The notes under the pieces: model-generated
Databases searched by the model: none
What the model saw: only the letters and a program-made list of their open reading frames with translations
What the model was told of the DNA's origin: nothing
Position numbers and translations under genes: made by a program
Shown: in pieces, positions 38,385 to 51,458 of the stretch
How the letters are laid out: every line of letters starts with the position of its first letter
How positions within the stretch are numbered: position 1 is the stretch's first letter
Assembly (NCBI RefSeq): GCF_001194135.2
Contig: NC_068983.1
Coordinates: 26,607,634 to 26,671,633, forward strand
DNA from: Octopus bimaculoides
Lineage: Eukaryota
Reading direction: 5' to 3'
Length of the DNA stretch: 64,000 bases

Positions 38385-39545
38385 TTCTCTTTATCACGGG
38401 TATTGTTGGAGCTCTTGGAGTCTTGCATGTGGAGCTGGTTTATTACTTGAAGCCTACGGTACCATGATATTCGTCTTTTCGGCTATCTAATACATTTCTG
38501 ATTATTCTGGCGGTGCCACGGAGGCTTACTTTTTGTAACAGATCTACCAAGCACTCTATTTCAGTTTCCTTAATATTCCTGTTGATGCCTTCTCATACTG
38601 TTCCCAAGGAGGCAACAATAATTGGCATTATCTTTACCTTCATTTTCCATAACGGGGCTATTTCGTAATTAAGAGGTCTGTGTCTATCTATTCGTCTTCC
38701 TTCTTGACTAGGGGCATGCAACGTGAACTATATAACATATGGGATGCACCTTGTCCACCACCACTAGGTACGGTCTGTTATGTTCTAGCACCTGATCTGT
38801 TTGGCTTGGGAAATCCCAGAGAATTTTGTAAGTCTCCAACTTTGGCACTCTCTGCGGTTTATTCTCATACCACGCCTTACATCTCTCTAGCACTCACTTT
38901 TCTTACAGATTCCAGTGTAGCAGTTTCACTACTCGGTCGTGTCGCCAAAACTTGTAGTAGTTTTGGGCAAGTCTAGGGCATTCATTCGTGATATGGGTAA
39001 TGGTTTCATCCACTCAACTGCTGATGCAGCTCAGCGGAGACAATTGTTTATTCCCCAGGTTGACCCTCCAGTTCGTGGCAAGTGCTTGGTCCTGCGCTGC
39101 CACTACGGTGCTCTCGGTCTCTGTTTTACGGTTCTTTTATCAGCCAACCCCACCTACTTTTCCCAGCCACTTTTGTTGTGGCTTCATGGAATTGATTGTG
39201 TAGTCCCTTCTTCTTGCATAATTCTTCTTCATTTCCTTTTTGTACTTCTTCCTTCGTTTTCCTTTTTTTCTCTGCTCTCAAAACGCCTTCGTTCCTAACT
39301 CTCACTAACAAGGTTTCCTTACTTTGGGTTAGGTATCTCATTAAACTCTCGAGTTCGATATGCATGCAATCTTCCACATTTATCAGTCTCCTTCCTCCAT
39401 TTGCTCTCTTCATGTATTGGGGATCGGTGTCTACATGTGGATGATGGGCACCATGCATCACTAAGAGCTTTCTTGACTTCCTGTCCAACTCCTTTAGCTC
39501 CTTCTCTGTCCACGTCCGGATTCCAGCATCATACCGAACTACTGC
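38385..39545 (-). mobile_element. 5'-truncated R4/Dong-type non-LTR retrotransposon (post-RT, CCHC and restriction-like endonuclease region to the 3' end)
   Basis: ORF 39126..39488 reads DRKSRKLLVMHGAHHPHVDTD..YMKRANGGR.L; then ETESTVVAAQDQAL...DETITHITNECPRLAQ..YK..RHDRV; ORF 38708..38893 reads WYENKP...KILWDF..QTDQVLEHNRP.LVVVDK (RLE PD-type motif). Stops and frameshifts throughout. Confidence 0.88.
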
Positions 39546-39546
39546 G

Positions 39547-39663
<117 letters not shown>

Positions 39664-40019
39664 GCTGTTGTTTTCGATGTCGTTCTACTCTAGTATAAAA
39701 GTTATTGCCTGATATGATTACTAGGCTGAATGTAGCTCTATATGCCTTAGGTATACGTGATGTGTTTTTTTGGCCTCTGGTTTTGCATTTGTTTGCAAAT
39801 TTTTGATCATATTCAAAGCACCTATCATTGTTTGTTTCAATAGTCAGCCCTCATGTTCCTATTATATTTATTTTCAGATATTTATATTTAAAAAAAAAAT
39901 TCTCCATTTCTATTACCATCTGTTGGAATTGATATATCGATTAAGTAATTCTTTTCTTGGTGAAAATTGACAAAAAATATCAAGTCGATTAAATTTTATC
40001 TCTATGTCTGTGTATGCTG

Positions 40020-40900
40020 GCATATCTTAGCATATGTTTACTTCTACATTCTTTGACAACTTTCTTTTACATACGTCTACATTATCAAGTAACTATTGTT
40101 ACTTCATAGAGATTGCATAACGTGCACTTATTTTAAGTCAGTGGATGTTTTCTATATTTCCTAAGACTTCATTTTATGATTTTGATTGTTTCCGTTGAGG
40201 ATGCACTGCGTTTTGCACCACTAACAAGAACACTTACAGTAACGTCCTGTGTGCCGTGCGTGTCAATCAGTTTGGGGACTTTGTCAGCTTTCATACTATT
40301 CAGTTCTTTCCATTATTTGCCGTGTACAAATATTGTCTTACAATCGTTTTATCGTTACATACTTTTAGCCACACTTTTAGCTTTGATTTTAGTTCTCGTG
40401 ATTTCCGGGTTTCTCCAATTTCCTGATTTGTTATTTACAGTCTCTGCTTCGTATTTGTTGTTTCCCTTCTAAAACGAAGGATGTGTATTTCGTGTAATGT
40501 AGCGAAGTATTTTTTATTATATTGTAGTTCTACTTCCGTGGAGACAATTGTGCAATAGTTCCCTAGTTAAATAAGGTTTCTGTCCCCTTGAATGGAAGTT
40601 ACGTATAACCTCTCTCCCATATCCTATCTTTGTTCGCTGCTCTGTCTTTCTTTTAGATGTTCGGTGGTTTATTCAAGGTATAGTCATTAACTTCCTTGTT
40701 TTTCCAATCTAGTCATGATCACTGTGATTTTTCTACTAGGGCAGACTTTGTATTGTTCACGTCAACTTTTTATTAGCTCTATTTTAAGTATTAATCTTTC
40801 GTTTGTAACCCTTCCAAACGTGTTTTCTTCTTTCTGTCATTCACACATATTTCACACAGATTTGTTGCTTTAGTCGTGAGCATTTGAATTGTAGTGTATA
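40020..40900 (-). mobile_element. Old, heavily decayed R4/Dong-type LINE relic
   Basis: Residual motifs in the expected order on the minus strand: KTRKLMTI (about 40700), HGK*WKELN (about 40320), KCTLCNLYEVTI...YASIH (about 40020-40130). Confidence 0.5.
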
Positions 40901-42450
40901 GCATATTCTTATTCAAGTATGGATAGATTTAATTTCGATTGTTATTTCTTTTGTCTGAATACGCATATCTGTTTCCCATTCACACATTGTATGTTTATAG
41001 TATCTTTTTGGCTAGTACTGATTTACTCGTGTCTACATTTTCCCATGATCTCCAATTAGAGGATACTGAGATAAACCTCCTGGTAGCCAACCCAAACTCT
41101 GTTCAGACGTTTTATTTCCCTTGGCTGTCTTCAGCCACAGCATTGTTGAACAGTAATTAACTTTTACCACCGTATGTTGTTTTGCAGCATCACATGAGCT
41201 CAACTGGAAACAAGTTGCAGTTTGGCTCTGTATATTTGCTTACTCTGTAATAATTAAGGCTATTTATCTTGTTAGTAGACATAGCAAATTTATACATTTG
41301 AAGAGCTGTAATTTCGATGGATCTGGAGATTAAGATGTCTTCTGCTTCAGTAAACTGGGTTTAGCTTCTTCTGCAGCTCGGTAAATTACACATCTTGCAC
41401 CTTCTGTGTCATTCGTTTTCATTTTAACTAATGTTTTGCGATCCTATCATGTCATACACTCTTCACGTAGTGTTATTATTGCAGTGATTGGGTTCATATA
41501 CCATGCATCTAATTCTGAACAATCATTTCTGTATGGATTGCTTCGCAGCCGATACACGTAGCAAGCATTATTCTATTTATTTTACTGTAGGTGTTGCACT
41601 GTATTTTATTTTCATTCTTGATAGAATCATTTACATTTCAGTCGCACGGCTAGACTCCTTCAAAGATTCATAGCTGTTGCTTTCGATCTTTTACCGTTAA
41701 TGACAAATCTCAATTTCTGTATTCGAAATAATTTGATTTGAACTTCCAATTTTGATTTATTCTATGGATCTTAAATTTCTTTAGTATTTACACTCCATTA
41801 AAAAAAATAAAATCATTTGTGCTGTTTTCTCATTCATTTCATTAGAAACTTAAAGATCCTTTCTCCTTTTCTACTCATTTTTGAATGCCTGTTTTTCATT
41901 GGATCTGAGTATCTACCCAATTAATACGTCTATTATTACTAGGTTTATTATTTCAATTAGTCTGTTAACATTGATAGTTGTAATTCTTTTAATTATATCC
42001 TTGATACTCAACTCAATTTCTTTTATGTTACTAAGAAAATGTTTGCAGAAATTGGAAGATTGTGGAGAGAAAGCTGGGAAAACAGTACAGAAATATATTT
42101 ATATAATACAAAATAACACAAAACATTTAACTGAAGCTGATAGGGATTCCTAAGTACGTATGCGGTACTTGTCAATAAAGTTTTGTGAGTTACATGAAAG
42201 ATAGCTCTCGTGGGATATTACATAGAAGTTTCTGTCATGTTCGTTTTATCATACATAAGACTTTTAAAATAGCATGATTAGTTTTAACTTTCAGAAGCTA
42301 CGTCTTCTGAATTCTGATTTTCAGGTCCTTATATTTAGTGAGAATGTCCAATCCCTAGCTAGATATACTATTATCAGTGGCACCCTTATATTTATCAGCT
42401 TGCAAGTATTTCGGTTTTTTTTTCTTTTTAATAGTTATGTCCAGTCAGTT

Positions 42451-42643
42451 CTATATTTAAGAGATGAGGAAATATGTACATTATTTATATTATTTATATT
42501 ATTTACATTCGACAGATATTTGTCCTCATCTTGTTTGTTGTTAACATAACGTTTCGGCTGATATACCCTCCAGCCATTTTCAGGTGTCTTGGGAAAATTT
42601 CGAACCTGGGTTCTCATTGCTAAGGTATTTTTGGTTGTTGTTG

Positions 42644-42691
<48 letters not shown>

Positions 42692-42756
42692 CCACTGCCT
42701 GGAATGGAACACGAAATCTTGAAGTTTGTAGCCCCCGCTCTTAACCACTACGCCAT
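42451..42756 (-). mobile_element. PLE-derived unit: tRNA-like head + (TAA)n + terminal repeat with a mutated hammerhead
   Basis: Head at 42688-42756 (reverse complement ATATGGCGTAGTGGTTAAGAGCGGGGGCTAC...TTCCATTCCAGGCAGTGGCC). The hammerhead region 42543-42588 reads CTGAAAAT instead of CTGAnGAA (G8 lost). No GIY-YIG sequence attached. Confidence 0.8.
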
Positions 42757-42809
42757 ATAATAATAATACTAATACTAATAATAATAATAAAATAATAATA
42801 ATAATAACA

Positions 42810-42969
42810 TCAAAAAATACCTTAGAAATGAGAACCTAGGTTCGAAATTTCCCCAAGACACCTGAAGAAGGCTGGAGTGTATATCAGCCGAAACGTAGTG
42901 TTAACAGCAAACACAACAAGATCAGGACAAATATCCGTCGAATGTAAATAATGTAAATAATGTAAATAA
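42810..42969 (+). mobile_element. Inverted PLE terminal repeat (second half of the composite insertion)
   Basis: AAAAATACCTTAGAAATGAGAACCTAGGTTCGAAATTTCCCCAAGACACC... is the reverse complement of the 42451-42640 segment. Confidence 0.85.
42857..42902 (+). ncRNA. Minimal type I hammerhead ribozyme, core intact (GUA cleavage triplet)
   Basis: GACAC [CTGAAGA] A GGCTG-GAGTGTATAT-CAGCC [GAAA] CG [TA] GTGTT. Predicted cleavage after 42897. Confidence 0.75.
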
Positions 42970-42989
42970 TATGTCCAGTCAGTTATCCT

Positions 42990-43000
42990 ATCATCATTAC

Positions 43001-43040
<40 letters not shown>

Positions 43041-43085
43041 GTCATCATCATCATCATCATCATTACCATCATCATCATCATCATC
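42990..43085. repeat. (CAT)n microsatellite
   Basis: Direct reading. Confidence 0.95.
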
Positions 43086-45944
43086 GGCAGCATTACTATT
43101 ATTGCTATTAGTGCTTGTCGTCAAAGACATGAACATCCTCTATTAAGTGTCTATTAAGTCTATGTTACGTTTTCTACAGCGGAGATAACTGTAAACCTCT
43201 GGATGTCTTCCGATCAATGCTACAGAAATAGCTTTATTTCTGAAATATTTAATATCTAATTGAACTTACTTTCAGCGAAGATACTTTCCTACTTCATTTG
43301 AAAGTAAATTGGAACCAATCGCACACACACAAAAAAAAGAAACAAAAAAAAGACAAACGACTAAAAATGAAAACAACTATAATTTCGCAGTAGGGTGTAA
43401 ACATTAGATACAGAAACATATTACCTAGAACATCTTGACTAAGAGAGAATAAAAAACTTCGCAACAACTACTGGAACACTATGAATATCAGCAACAAAGC
43501 ATTCTATTTAGCGCCCCGCTCACCCAACACATCATCGAAAGAATAATTATTTCCTTCGCCTACACTACTGTCACGGAATATAGTTTAAACATGAACTGTT
43601 GTGATGAAAAGAAATTCGCTTGGAAGATATTTTAAAACTAGAATCAGCATTTCTTTACCAGATCCTTTTGTCAAAGTGAAAAAAAGGGAAGGTTTCCGAC
43701 TTCCCTATCACGAAGAATGGGAATGATTCCCAACTTCTCTTGGAAAAGGATAAATTGTTTAGAGTTTGCTTAGGATTTGTGCGGTATGATAGATTCCATA
43801 TGAATTTTGGCAACGTATAGTGTGTAGTGTGACTACTTTTTGTAACTGCGTAGTATGACTAATTTTTATAGGAGGATGAAGTAAATGTCCGTTTCCATGT
43901 GTTTCCAGAATTTTGCTTCTGTGTACTTGCGAAGAAACTTTTGAACATTGACCTGGAATCAACATAGTCGACAGATTAGCCAAAGTAAGGGGGAGACAAT
44001 TTAGGAAATATTTTCCAATCAAAAGCTGCTACTTTTTTTGATCTGTTGTTTAATACTTGTTAGCTGAATTACAAAAACCATAGTCGAGAATACAGTCATT
44101 GATGGCAGTAACAGCTACAACGTATACATCAGTAGTGAAGACATCGAGAAAAAGTGGAGGACATATTTTAACAGTTGAGGACAGCAACAGTAATAAAATT
44201 GTCGAGAGTAAATAATCATTCCATTACTTGGAACTAGGTCAGGAGCTTTCAGGGAAGGGGAAAGTCGTTTGCATTGACCACAGTGCTACTGTTACCGATT
44301 TTATCGACACTGAAAGGTGAACTTGAGCTCGGCAGAATATAAACGAATATAAACCCAGAGAATAAATCACCAGAGGAAATAACGCTAATCATTTTGTCCG
44401 GTGCGTCATTAATTTTGCCAGCTCGCTACTCTCCTCGAAGATAAATGATGAAAACTAGCAGCAATTCGTTCACATCAATTCAACGCCATGTAAGCTGAAA
44501 ATTGTGAATTCAAACATCACCACCCGCGTCACCATCAACATAAACAGCAAAGTAGTACGAATGACACCTCTTCCACTACAGTTGCTGTGACCCTCGGCAC
44601 AGAAATTAACAGCTGCAGCTACAGCATTAGCGTAAAAGCTGTTTGAAGTATAGCAATGGATCTTCAATTGTAGCAAGCGTCGCTGCAAGCTATCGATACA
44701 GAAGTACTGACAGAAAGGAAGTTTAAGTTCATCCGAATGAAAATAGGTTTACTGGGATTCTTCTACAAAAAGCAGAAAACATTGTAATACCAAATGCGTA
44801 ACAACAGCAAATCAGCATTTAACAGTCCCAGAATTATAGACATTGATAGAGAAGCCAGAATGCCTTACTTTAACAACTAGAGATATTTACTATTCCTGGT
44901 ATTTTCCATCAGATCATTATCTTGCACTCTCTATACCATAGTCACATAATACTGAACATACGAAATTAAGTTCCAAACGTACAACTAAGTCATAGGAAAC
45001 GTATCCGATAACATGAAAATAAGTTACACGATATAGTATGATGTTGAACTCTAAGACTAATATTCAACCATCGATGTATATACTTATATGTACTTACAAA
45101 GCAACACCAATAAAGACAGGGTCTGCTACCTCAAGCACAAAAAAAACCTAACGCTAGTGTTCTCTTTCCCAGCTATCTTCGTTCAATAGCAGTTTCCATC
45201 ATACGTCTCACCACCACCACTACCACCACACATTATGCTTATACAGTATAAAGCCTTCTGATATAAAAGGTCAAGGTAAGCGACATTTAAAGACTTCTTC
45301 CAATGACTGCGAATAACTTCCACAATTCCAGGTCTAGCAGGTTACCGAGGTGCATTGGCGATGCCATAAAAACAACTATTGGTATAGGAATGCCACCAGT
45401 TGCACCTATCGGTGATGGCGCACAACGACGAAACCGTTCATTGTGCATTCATTTAAAGTAATAGCATATTTATGTTAGGAGTTCGATCAAAAAGCCAAGT
45501 CTATTGTAATAACGTCCCCACTCGTTTCTTTTGACTGGGAAAGTACGCGCTCATGACCTTTCTTCCGTCAGGCAGTTATTACGAAATAGGTTCTCTATTT
45601 TTCATGATTTTGTAAATTGAATGGATTTATGACAGACAGTTTCCTCTACAGCGAAATGCTTTTCCTGCTTTCATGTTACATTTAGAAAAGAATGTGAGAT
45701 TTTAGATGGCAGTACTACATGCCAGAAAGTATTTCGAAATGCAGTTGAGAGTAACAAGCCTGGCTTCTTAAAACATGCCTGATTTCAATATCTCTGGGTA
45801 ATGTAAGAGTTACTAGTGACAGATGACATTTGTTATTTGCATTCACAGTCATTTTACATCCTGGGTCTCCCTGATTGCTTCCGGATAACTGCCTACATTG
45901 TTATGATCTTGCCTTGGTAACTTTTTTCATTTTACTTATTAACA

Positions 45945-46160
45945 TACGGAGAAGAATTGGCAGAACCGTTAGCAAATTTGGCATGCTGAAAGAATCATTA
46001 GCATGCCGGACAGTCTGACATCAAATTTCGCCCAGGCCGACTTTATCTTTCATCTTTTCCGGGTCTATGGAATAAATACCAGTTGCGTATTAGTGTTGAT
46101 GCAACTGATTAACACTGTCGTCTAAAATTTCTAGCCGTGTGCCTACCGTAAAATAATTAT
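45945..46160 (+). mobile_element. Decayed SINE family A copy (tail type 2)
   Basis: TGGCAGAACCGTTAGCA...TCAAATTTCGCCCAGGCCGACTTTATCTTTCATC...AAATACCAGT...AAATTTCTAGCCGTGTGCCTA. Confidence 0.6.
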
Positions 46161-47340
46161 TTCTTCATATCATCTCTAATACATTCGGTGAATTGACAGA
46201 ACGGTTATATAATTAAATACAATACTGTATGGTATTACTTTTGAATCTCTGCACTTTCAATTTAAATCTTGTCTCCCTCACCATTGTTTTTTATCATCTG
46301 ATGTTCCATAAAAAAGACACTATGTTGGTGTGATTGGTAAAATTGTTAGAGCCTCGTATTGGTTCCGACCCTTTGCGTTCTGAAAATAAAACCTATAAAG
46401 ACATCGGATCCAAGCTGTGGCATCCTTAAAGCGACAACCTTCTGTTGGAAAGTATCAGTTGAGAGGCAAAATTGCGTGCATAGACGTCACCTAGTCTTCC
46501 ATAGAGACACATCTGAGCCTGACGGTTTTAATATCATTTTATTTCACACCCACATACTGTACCAAGATTCTTTTCCTTAGTGAAAAATGAAATTACTCTG
46601 TTGTCATTATTATCCATAAATTAATATGTTAAGACCGACTTTGTGACAAAGTCAAATGTGAGTTCAAGAGAGATGTGAAAAGAGAGAGAAAGAGAGAGGA
46701 GTGTTAGCGCTGGGAGCTAATATAAAGGTATTGCTGTTACCTTGTGTTGTTAATTAGTTGAAAGAAGAATCAGAGAGAAAGAGAGCAAGACAGAGAGAGA
46801 GAAAAAAAAGAGAGAATGAGAGAGTGACTGTTGACTGAAAGAAACGCGGATGTTGGAAGCAGTTGCAAGATTTTAAACCTTGTGTATTAGAATATTGTGG
46901 CACACAATGAAAAAACCGTTTAGTTGTTACAGGTGTGAATGTTCGACTATTTTCATATTTTCAGACTTTCGATGATGTTTTTTTATGTGGAAACACAAAT
47001 TCATTGATACATAGGTGGCATGATATATCGGCACATTGTTGAATTAAATTGAAATAGCTTTACCAAACTGTGGATGTTATTTTTAACATTTTATTTGTAG
47101 CAGCCAAAAGGCTGCGACCATGCTGGGCACAACCCTTATTTATTTAGTTAGTTAGTTGGTTTAAATGTTTATCTGTATTGGTACAGTAGACAGAGACATA
47201 CATGGACAGTGGTGTTAGTGGAATATGGTTAATAGATAGATACATACATTCAGTACTGTGTCCATGTGGAATGTTGAAACCTACCAAGAATCAAATGTTT
47301 CGGAAAATTATATACAAAATATAATTTTTGTTTTTCTGAT

Positions 47341-47545
47341 GAAGGCGGCGAGCTGGCAGTATCGTTAGCACGCCGGGCAAAATGCTTACCTTTACATTCT
47401 GAGTTCAAATTCCGCCGCGGTCTATTTTGCCACTCATTATTTCGAGATCGATAAATTAAGTACCAGTGAAATACTTGGGTCGATATAATAGTCTTACTCC
47501 TCCCCCAAATTTCAGGCCTTGTGTCTATAGAAGAAAGTATTATTA
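47341..47545 (+). mobile_element. SINE family A copy (tail type 2)
   Basis: GAAGGCGGCGAGCTGGCAGTATCGTTAGCACGCCGGGC...GAGTTCAAATTCCGCC...GATAAATTAAGTACCAGT...CCCCAAATTTCAGGCCTTGTGTCTATAGAAGAAAGTATTATT. A further decayed copy lies at about 47568-47735. Confidence 0.8.
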
Positions 47546-47749
47546 ATTTTATTATTAATTTTATCAATGCCGCGACATGGCAGAGTTGGTAGCACACAGG
47601 ACGACTTGCTTTACGCTATTTCACTCGTCGCTATCTTCTGAGTTCGAACTCCGCTGAGGTAGACTTTTCTTTTAATTCTTTCGGAGTTGCTAAATTAAGT
47701 ACCAGTGAAACCCTGGGGTAGACGTAATTGATTGTAAAGTCAATTATCT

Positions 47750-48340
47750 GGCACTTTCTATTCTCTTTATCTACTACTACTACATCAGGCCTCCTACTTT
47801 CTATTGTACTGTCAGTCCCACATCTTATATATCTTACTTTCTAGTACTTTACTAGGTTCATACTCATACCATTTATCAGTATTGTCAAATCCTAGCTTTT
47901 TACATAACTTCCAGTGGATTATTCTCCCTAGTTTGTCACGTCTTTTTTGTACTCACTTACCATAGGAGTAACACATTCATTTACGAATATGAGTAACATT
48001 CACTTACTTTTGTTTTAAATAACCCACAGTGGGAATCTAATTGATATTTGTCTATTTCGGCTCTTATTAAATTAGTCCTTAATATTTGATCTTGTGCAGT
48101 ACAGCTACTACCAAACTTTCTTTCTCCCTTTTTCAGCCATTTTTTCTGCAACGACAACCATGTCTCACTACTACTATTTGTGGCAACTATATTTGGGAAT
48201 CCACTATGCAAAGCCTTCTCCTGCCGGTCAGATAACTTTTGTTCTTCTTTCTGGTTTTTAAATTCGTTTGGGTTTTTTTATTCCCTATGTCTTGCTGTGA
48301 CTGTAGCATCTCTTAATAAACTTTCTTCACTAGGAAACTA
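47750..48340 (-). mobile_element. R4/Dong-type LINE fragment (CCHC + RLE region)
   Basis: ORF 47981..48211 reads AQDQILRTNLIRAEIDK...DSHC; downstream DKLGRIIHWKLCKKLGFDNTDKWYEYEPSKVLE...SRRPDVVVVDKENRKCQ. Confidence 0.8.
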
Positions 48341-48374
48341 CATCTACTCTAACTAACTCCACGCAATCTTCTAC

Positions 48375-48850
48375 TCATATTAAATGTAAATGCTGTCCTA
48401 CTCTATCGTGGCGATTTTTGTATTCATTTGTTGTCAGCACAGGACATCCCGAAACCATGTGGTCTGTTATTTCATTAAATTTGTCGCAGAATCTATGTGT
48501 GTGTATTTTTGTCTCTGCCAGTAGTGTGTTAACGTCTACGTAACTTAGTGGTGCGGCAAAGCGACCGATAGAATAATACCAGGATTGATTTTGTAGTGCT
48601 TACATATTTTTGAATGTAAATACTGACCTACACTATCGTGGCGATTGTTGTATACGTTTGGTGTCAGCAGAAGGCATACCTAAACGAGATGGTCTGCTGT
48701 TTCGTCAAAGGTATCGCCGAATCTGCATTTAGGGTCCGAACCGTTTTGAAGAACGTTAGCTTAGTAGTTTCTGATAAGCAAGCTCTGATTTTGTCTCGGC
48801 AATATGAAAACTTCAGTCTCTGCATTCAGTCCTGAACTTCTCAGCCGATG
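48375..48850 (-). mobile_element. Two diverged R4/Dong-type CCHC-region fragments separated by a SINE D piece
   Basis: 48612-48850 reads LRSSGLNAETEVFILPRQNQSLLIRNY*ANVLQNGSDPKCRFGDTFDETADHLV*VC...YNNRHDSVGQYLH. 48375-48490 reads RFCDKFNEITDHMVSGCPVLTTNEYKNRHDRVGQHLH. Confidence 0.8.
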
Positions 48851-49062
48851 GCGTGTTTGCAAAATGGTTAGCAGCATTTTGTATGTCTTTACGTATTGCG
48901 CTCAAATTCCATCGAGGTTGCTTTTGCCTTTTACCTTTTGGGGATGGATAAAATGATCACTAGATTTGGGGTCGATACTATCGATACAATTGATACAATC
49001 GACGTGCGCTTCACCCACATTTTCAGCTCTAAACCTACAGTAGAAAGAATTATTATTATTGT
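48847..49062 (+). mobile_element. Decayed SINE family A copy (tail type 2)
   Basis: CTCAAATTCCATCGAGGTTGCTTTTGCC...TTTGGGGTCGATA...CCTACAGTAGAAAGAATTATTATTATT. Confidence 0.6.
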
Positions 49063-51351
49063 AGTTGTTGACATTGTTGTTGCTGGTGGTGGTGTTCATG
49101 TTATTATTCTTAATGAAATCACGGAAACTTTAATTCACATAATTAAAATCTACTAATTAATTATCATTTCAGTATTTGTGTTCCGTGATTACGTGATGCA
49201 AATAAGTAATATTTCTAAATGAAGAATTGTAACAATGGGTTTCTGACTTATCGATTTATGCAAATCGCATCCTACAGGAGTTAAAACGGAAATACGTATT
49301 AAAGACTTCAAAGTGCAGTAGCAAAACAATTAGAGAACGAATGAATTTTAATCTAGCTTCATTTATTTTCTCTTCATGGCCAGTTATATTATTTACTTAA
49401 TTGTCTCGTCTGTGAAAAATATTTTCGAAAGGGATGAAGGTTGCAACTTCCACTTATCGACTTTTAATATTCCGATTTTCTTAGTCCGTAACAATGTAGA
49501 GATACTGAGGAAATTAAACTTGTGAAAAATAATAGAATATTGATTGATATTATTTACAAAGGAAATTCTAAATGAAGAAATGAAAGCAAAATTAGTGGCG
49601 GCAAGAATGAATATTGTATCGTATCACTTTTAAGATTTCAAGACGTTTAATTTGGTTATGGGTATTGCATCTAACGTGGACAAATATTTAACGGCGTCAT
49701 ATCATTGGCAATAGTAGAAACAATATTAAATTATAATACAAAAGCGAAGACAATGCGATGGATTTTATTTATTGGTATTTAATTATAAATTTTAAGAATT
49801 GTATCATATTCCATAGCAAAAATGAAATTTAATTCCTGTATTTCAACTGCAAAAGATTTCGTTGTAGTTTATGGACTGTGTTGTACATCATAGCAATCCT
49901 TCGCAGACAACGTTCAGTTATTTCTTTGGTTTACACTGAATGAGATGTAAATACTTTTAAGAAGTAGATGATGAAACAGTAACAGCATTAAATATATATG
50001 AACGTGCAATGTATTATCACATTGCCTATACACTGTATTCTCCCAGAAACATAACGATGATTTATAATCCCTATGTCAACACAGATTTAAACTATTGATT
50101 TTGAATTGAAAGCTGTCATTTGACATCGACTGTCTGCGTAATAGTCCTGCTACACGGCCTTCTGTACTAAAATGTCAGTCTGATCGATCAATCGATGTAA
50201 TATGAACATACATTCCATTTTGGTACTCATGGTAACGATAGTAATAGTAAAACACATTGCCTGGTATTTAGAATTTCATTCTGAAATAATATACTTTTTC
50301 TCCCTCCATGATTTACAGAAGAACGAAAGAATATTGAAAAGATTTATTTTTGGAATCTTAATATTTTCTTTTTAATTTAAACTTTAGTTGAAATTTGAGA
50401 TAAAATCATATGGAATATTCAACAAAGTTATTTTTTAAGACAATATAAAATGATATTGTCTTTTTATGTAAAGCAAGGATGGGCGGACGGATGAATGAAA
50501 CAGTGTTTATGTTAAATACGAATACATCTGTCTCAAGAATAACAAGCACACGAATCCAAAGTTTTTGTTTCTCGCATATAATACAATTTATATGAGATCA
50601 TATTCAATTAACGAAGAAGGAAATTGATACAACTGATGGAAAATAACTAACCATTCTCAAAGTCGTTTCTGACTTCTGATTTGTGCTTAAATCTAACAGA
50701 AAACGATTGTACAGATGTACAGAAAGGAACATAACATGTCTGAAGGAGAAGCCTTGTATTCTTACTTTGGATGCAAATTCACCAGAAAACTGATAACAAA
50801 GCTTCTCTAATGATTACAATTTGCCATAGACTATTTGTTCCCTTGCAAAAGAACTTTGATTCAAATACAGAGGGAAAATGTTCCCAAAACTATAGACTTT
50901 GAGAGCTAAACTTTTCTTCTACAATTCCATTGACTGAGAAGAAATTTTGCTCCGTCTTTTTTGTCATAGTGACAAGAATTCACATAAAAATTGAATTAAT
51001 ATGGTTCCAAACTTATTTCGCGTGTCAACATAGGATTGTTATACATAATGAACATGGTCAACACAGTCAAGCAATATATCATGGAGAATCAAGAATGGAG
51101 AATCAAGAATGTAGAAATGAATGTAAAGCAATATAGACATAATGTCCTCATCAAAATATATGTCTACCCGTTCTATCTTTTACTCCTTTTCTCCTTTCTC
51201 ATTTCTGTATATTTTTGTTTTTCTTTTCGTCACCTATTTCGTTACACCTATAAACCATGACCTGTTTCGCTTTATCAATCTCTATACAAGCATGCACACA
51301 TAGAGACTCAGACAAAAATACTACACATAGACACATATCTATCTTTCTACC

Positions 51352-51353
51352 TC

Positions 51354-51409
<56 letters not shown>

Positions 51410-51458
51410 CCTATCGATCTATCTATCTATCTATCTATCTACCTATCGATCTATCTAT
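51352..51458. repeat. (CTAT)n microsatellite
   Basis: Direct reading. Confidence 0.95.

Noticed and set aside
43380-44960. Possible very old Penelope-like or other retroelement coding relic
   Set aside because: Only scattered, non-colinear resemblance (e.g. IGKYFLN on minus); too degraded to call.
45247-45916. Exon-like segments 45247-45275 and 45849-45916 (SFYILGLPDCFRITAYIVMILP)
   Set aside because: Phases are incompatible (the first ends in phase 1, the second is open only in phase 0) and no domain was recognised.
47335-47355. CTGATGAAGGC resembling a hammerhead core
   Set aside because: Junction of flank and SINE-A head; no stem II/GAAA partner follows.
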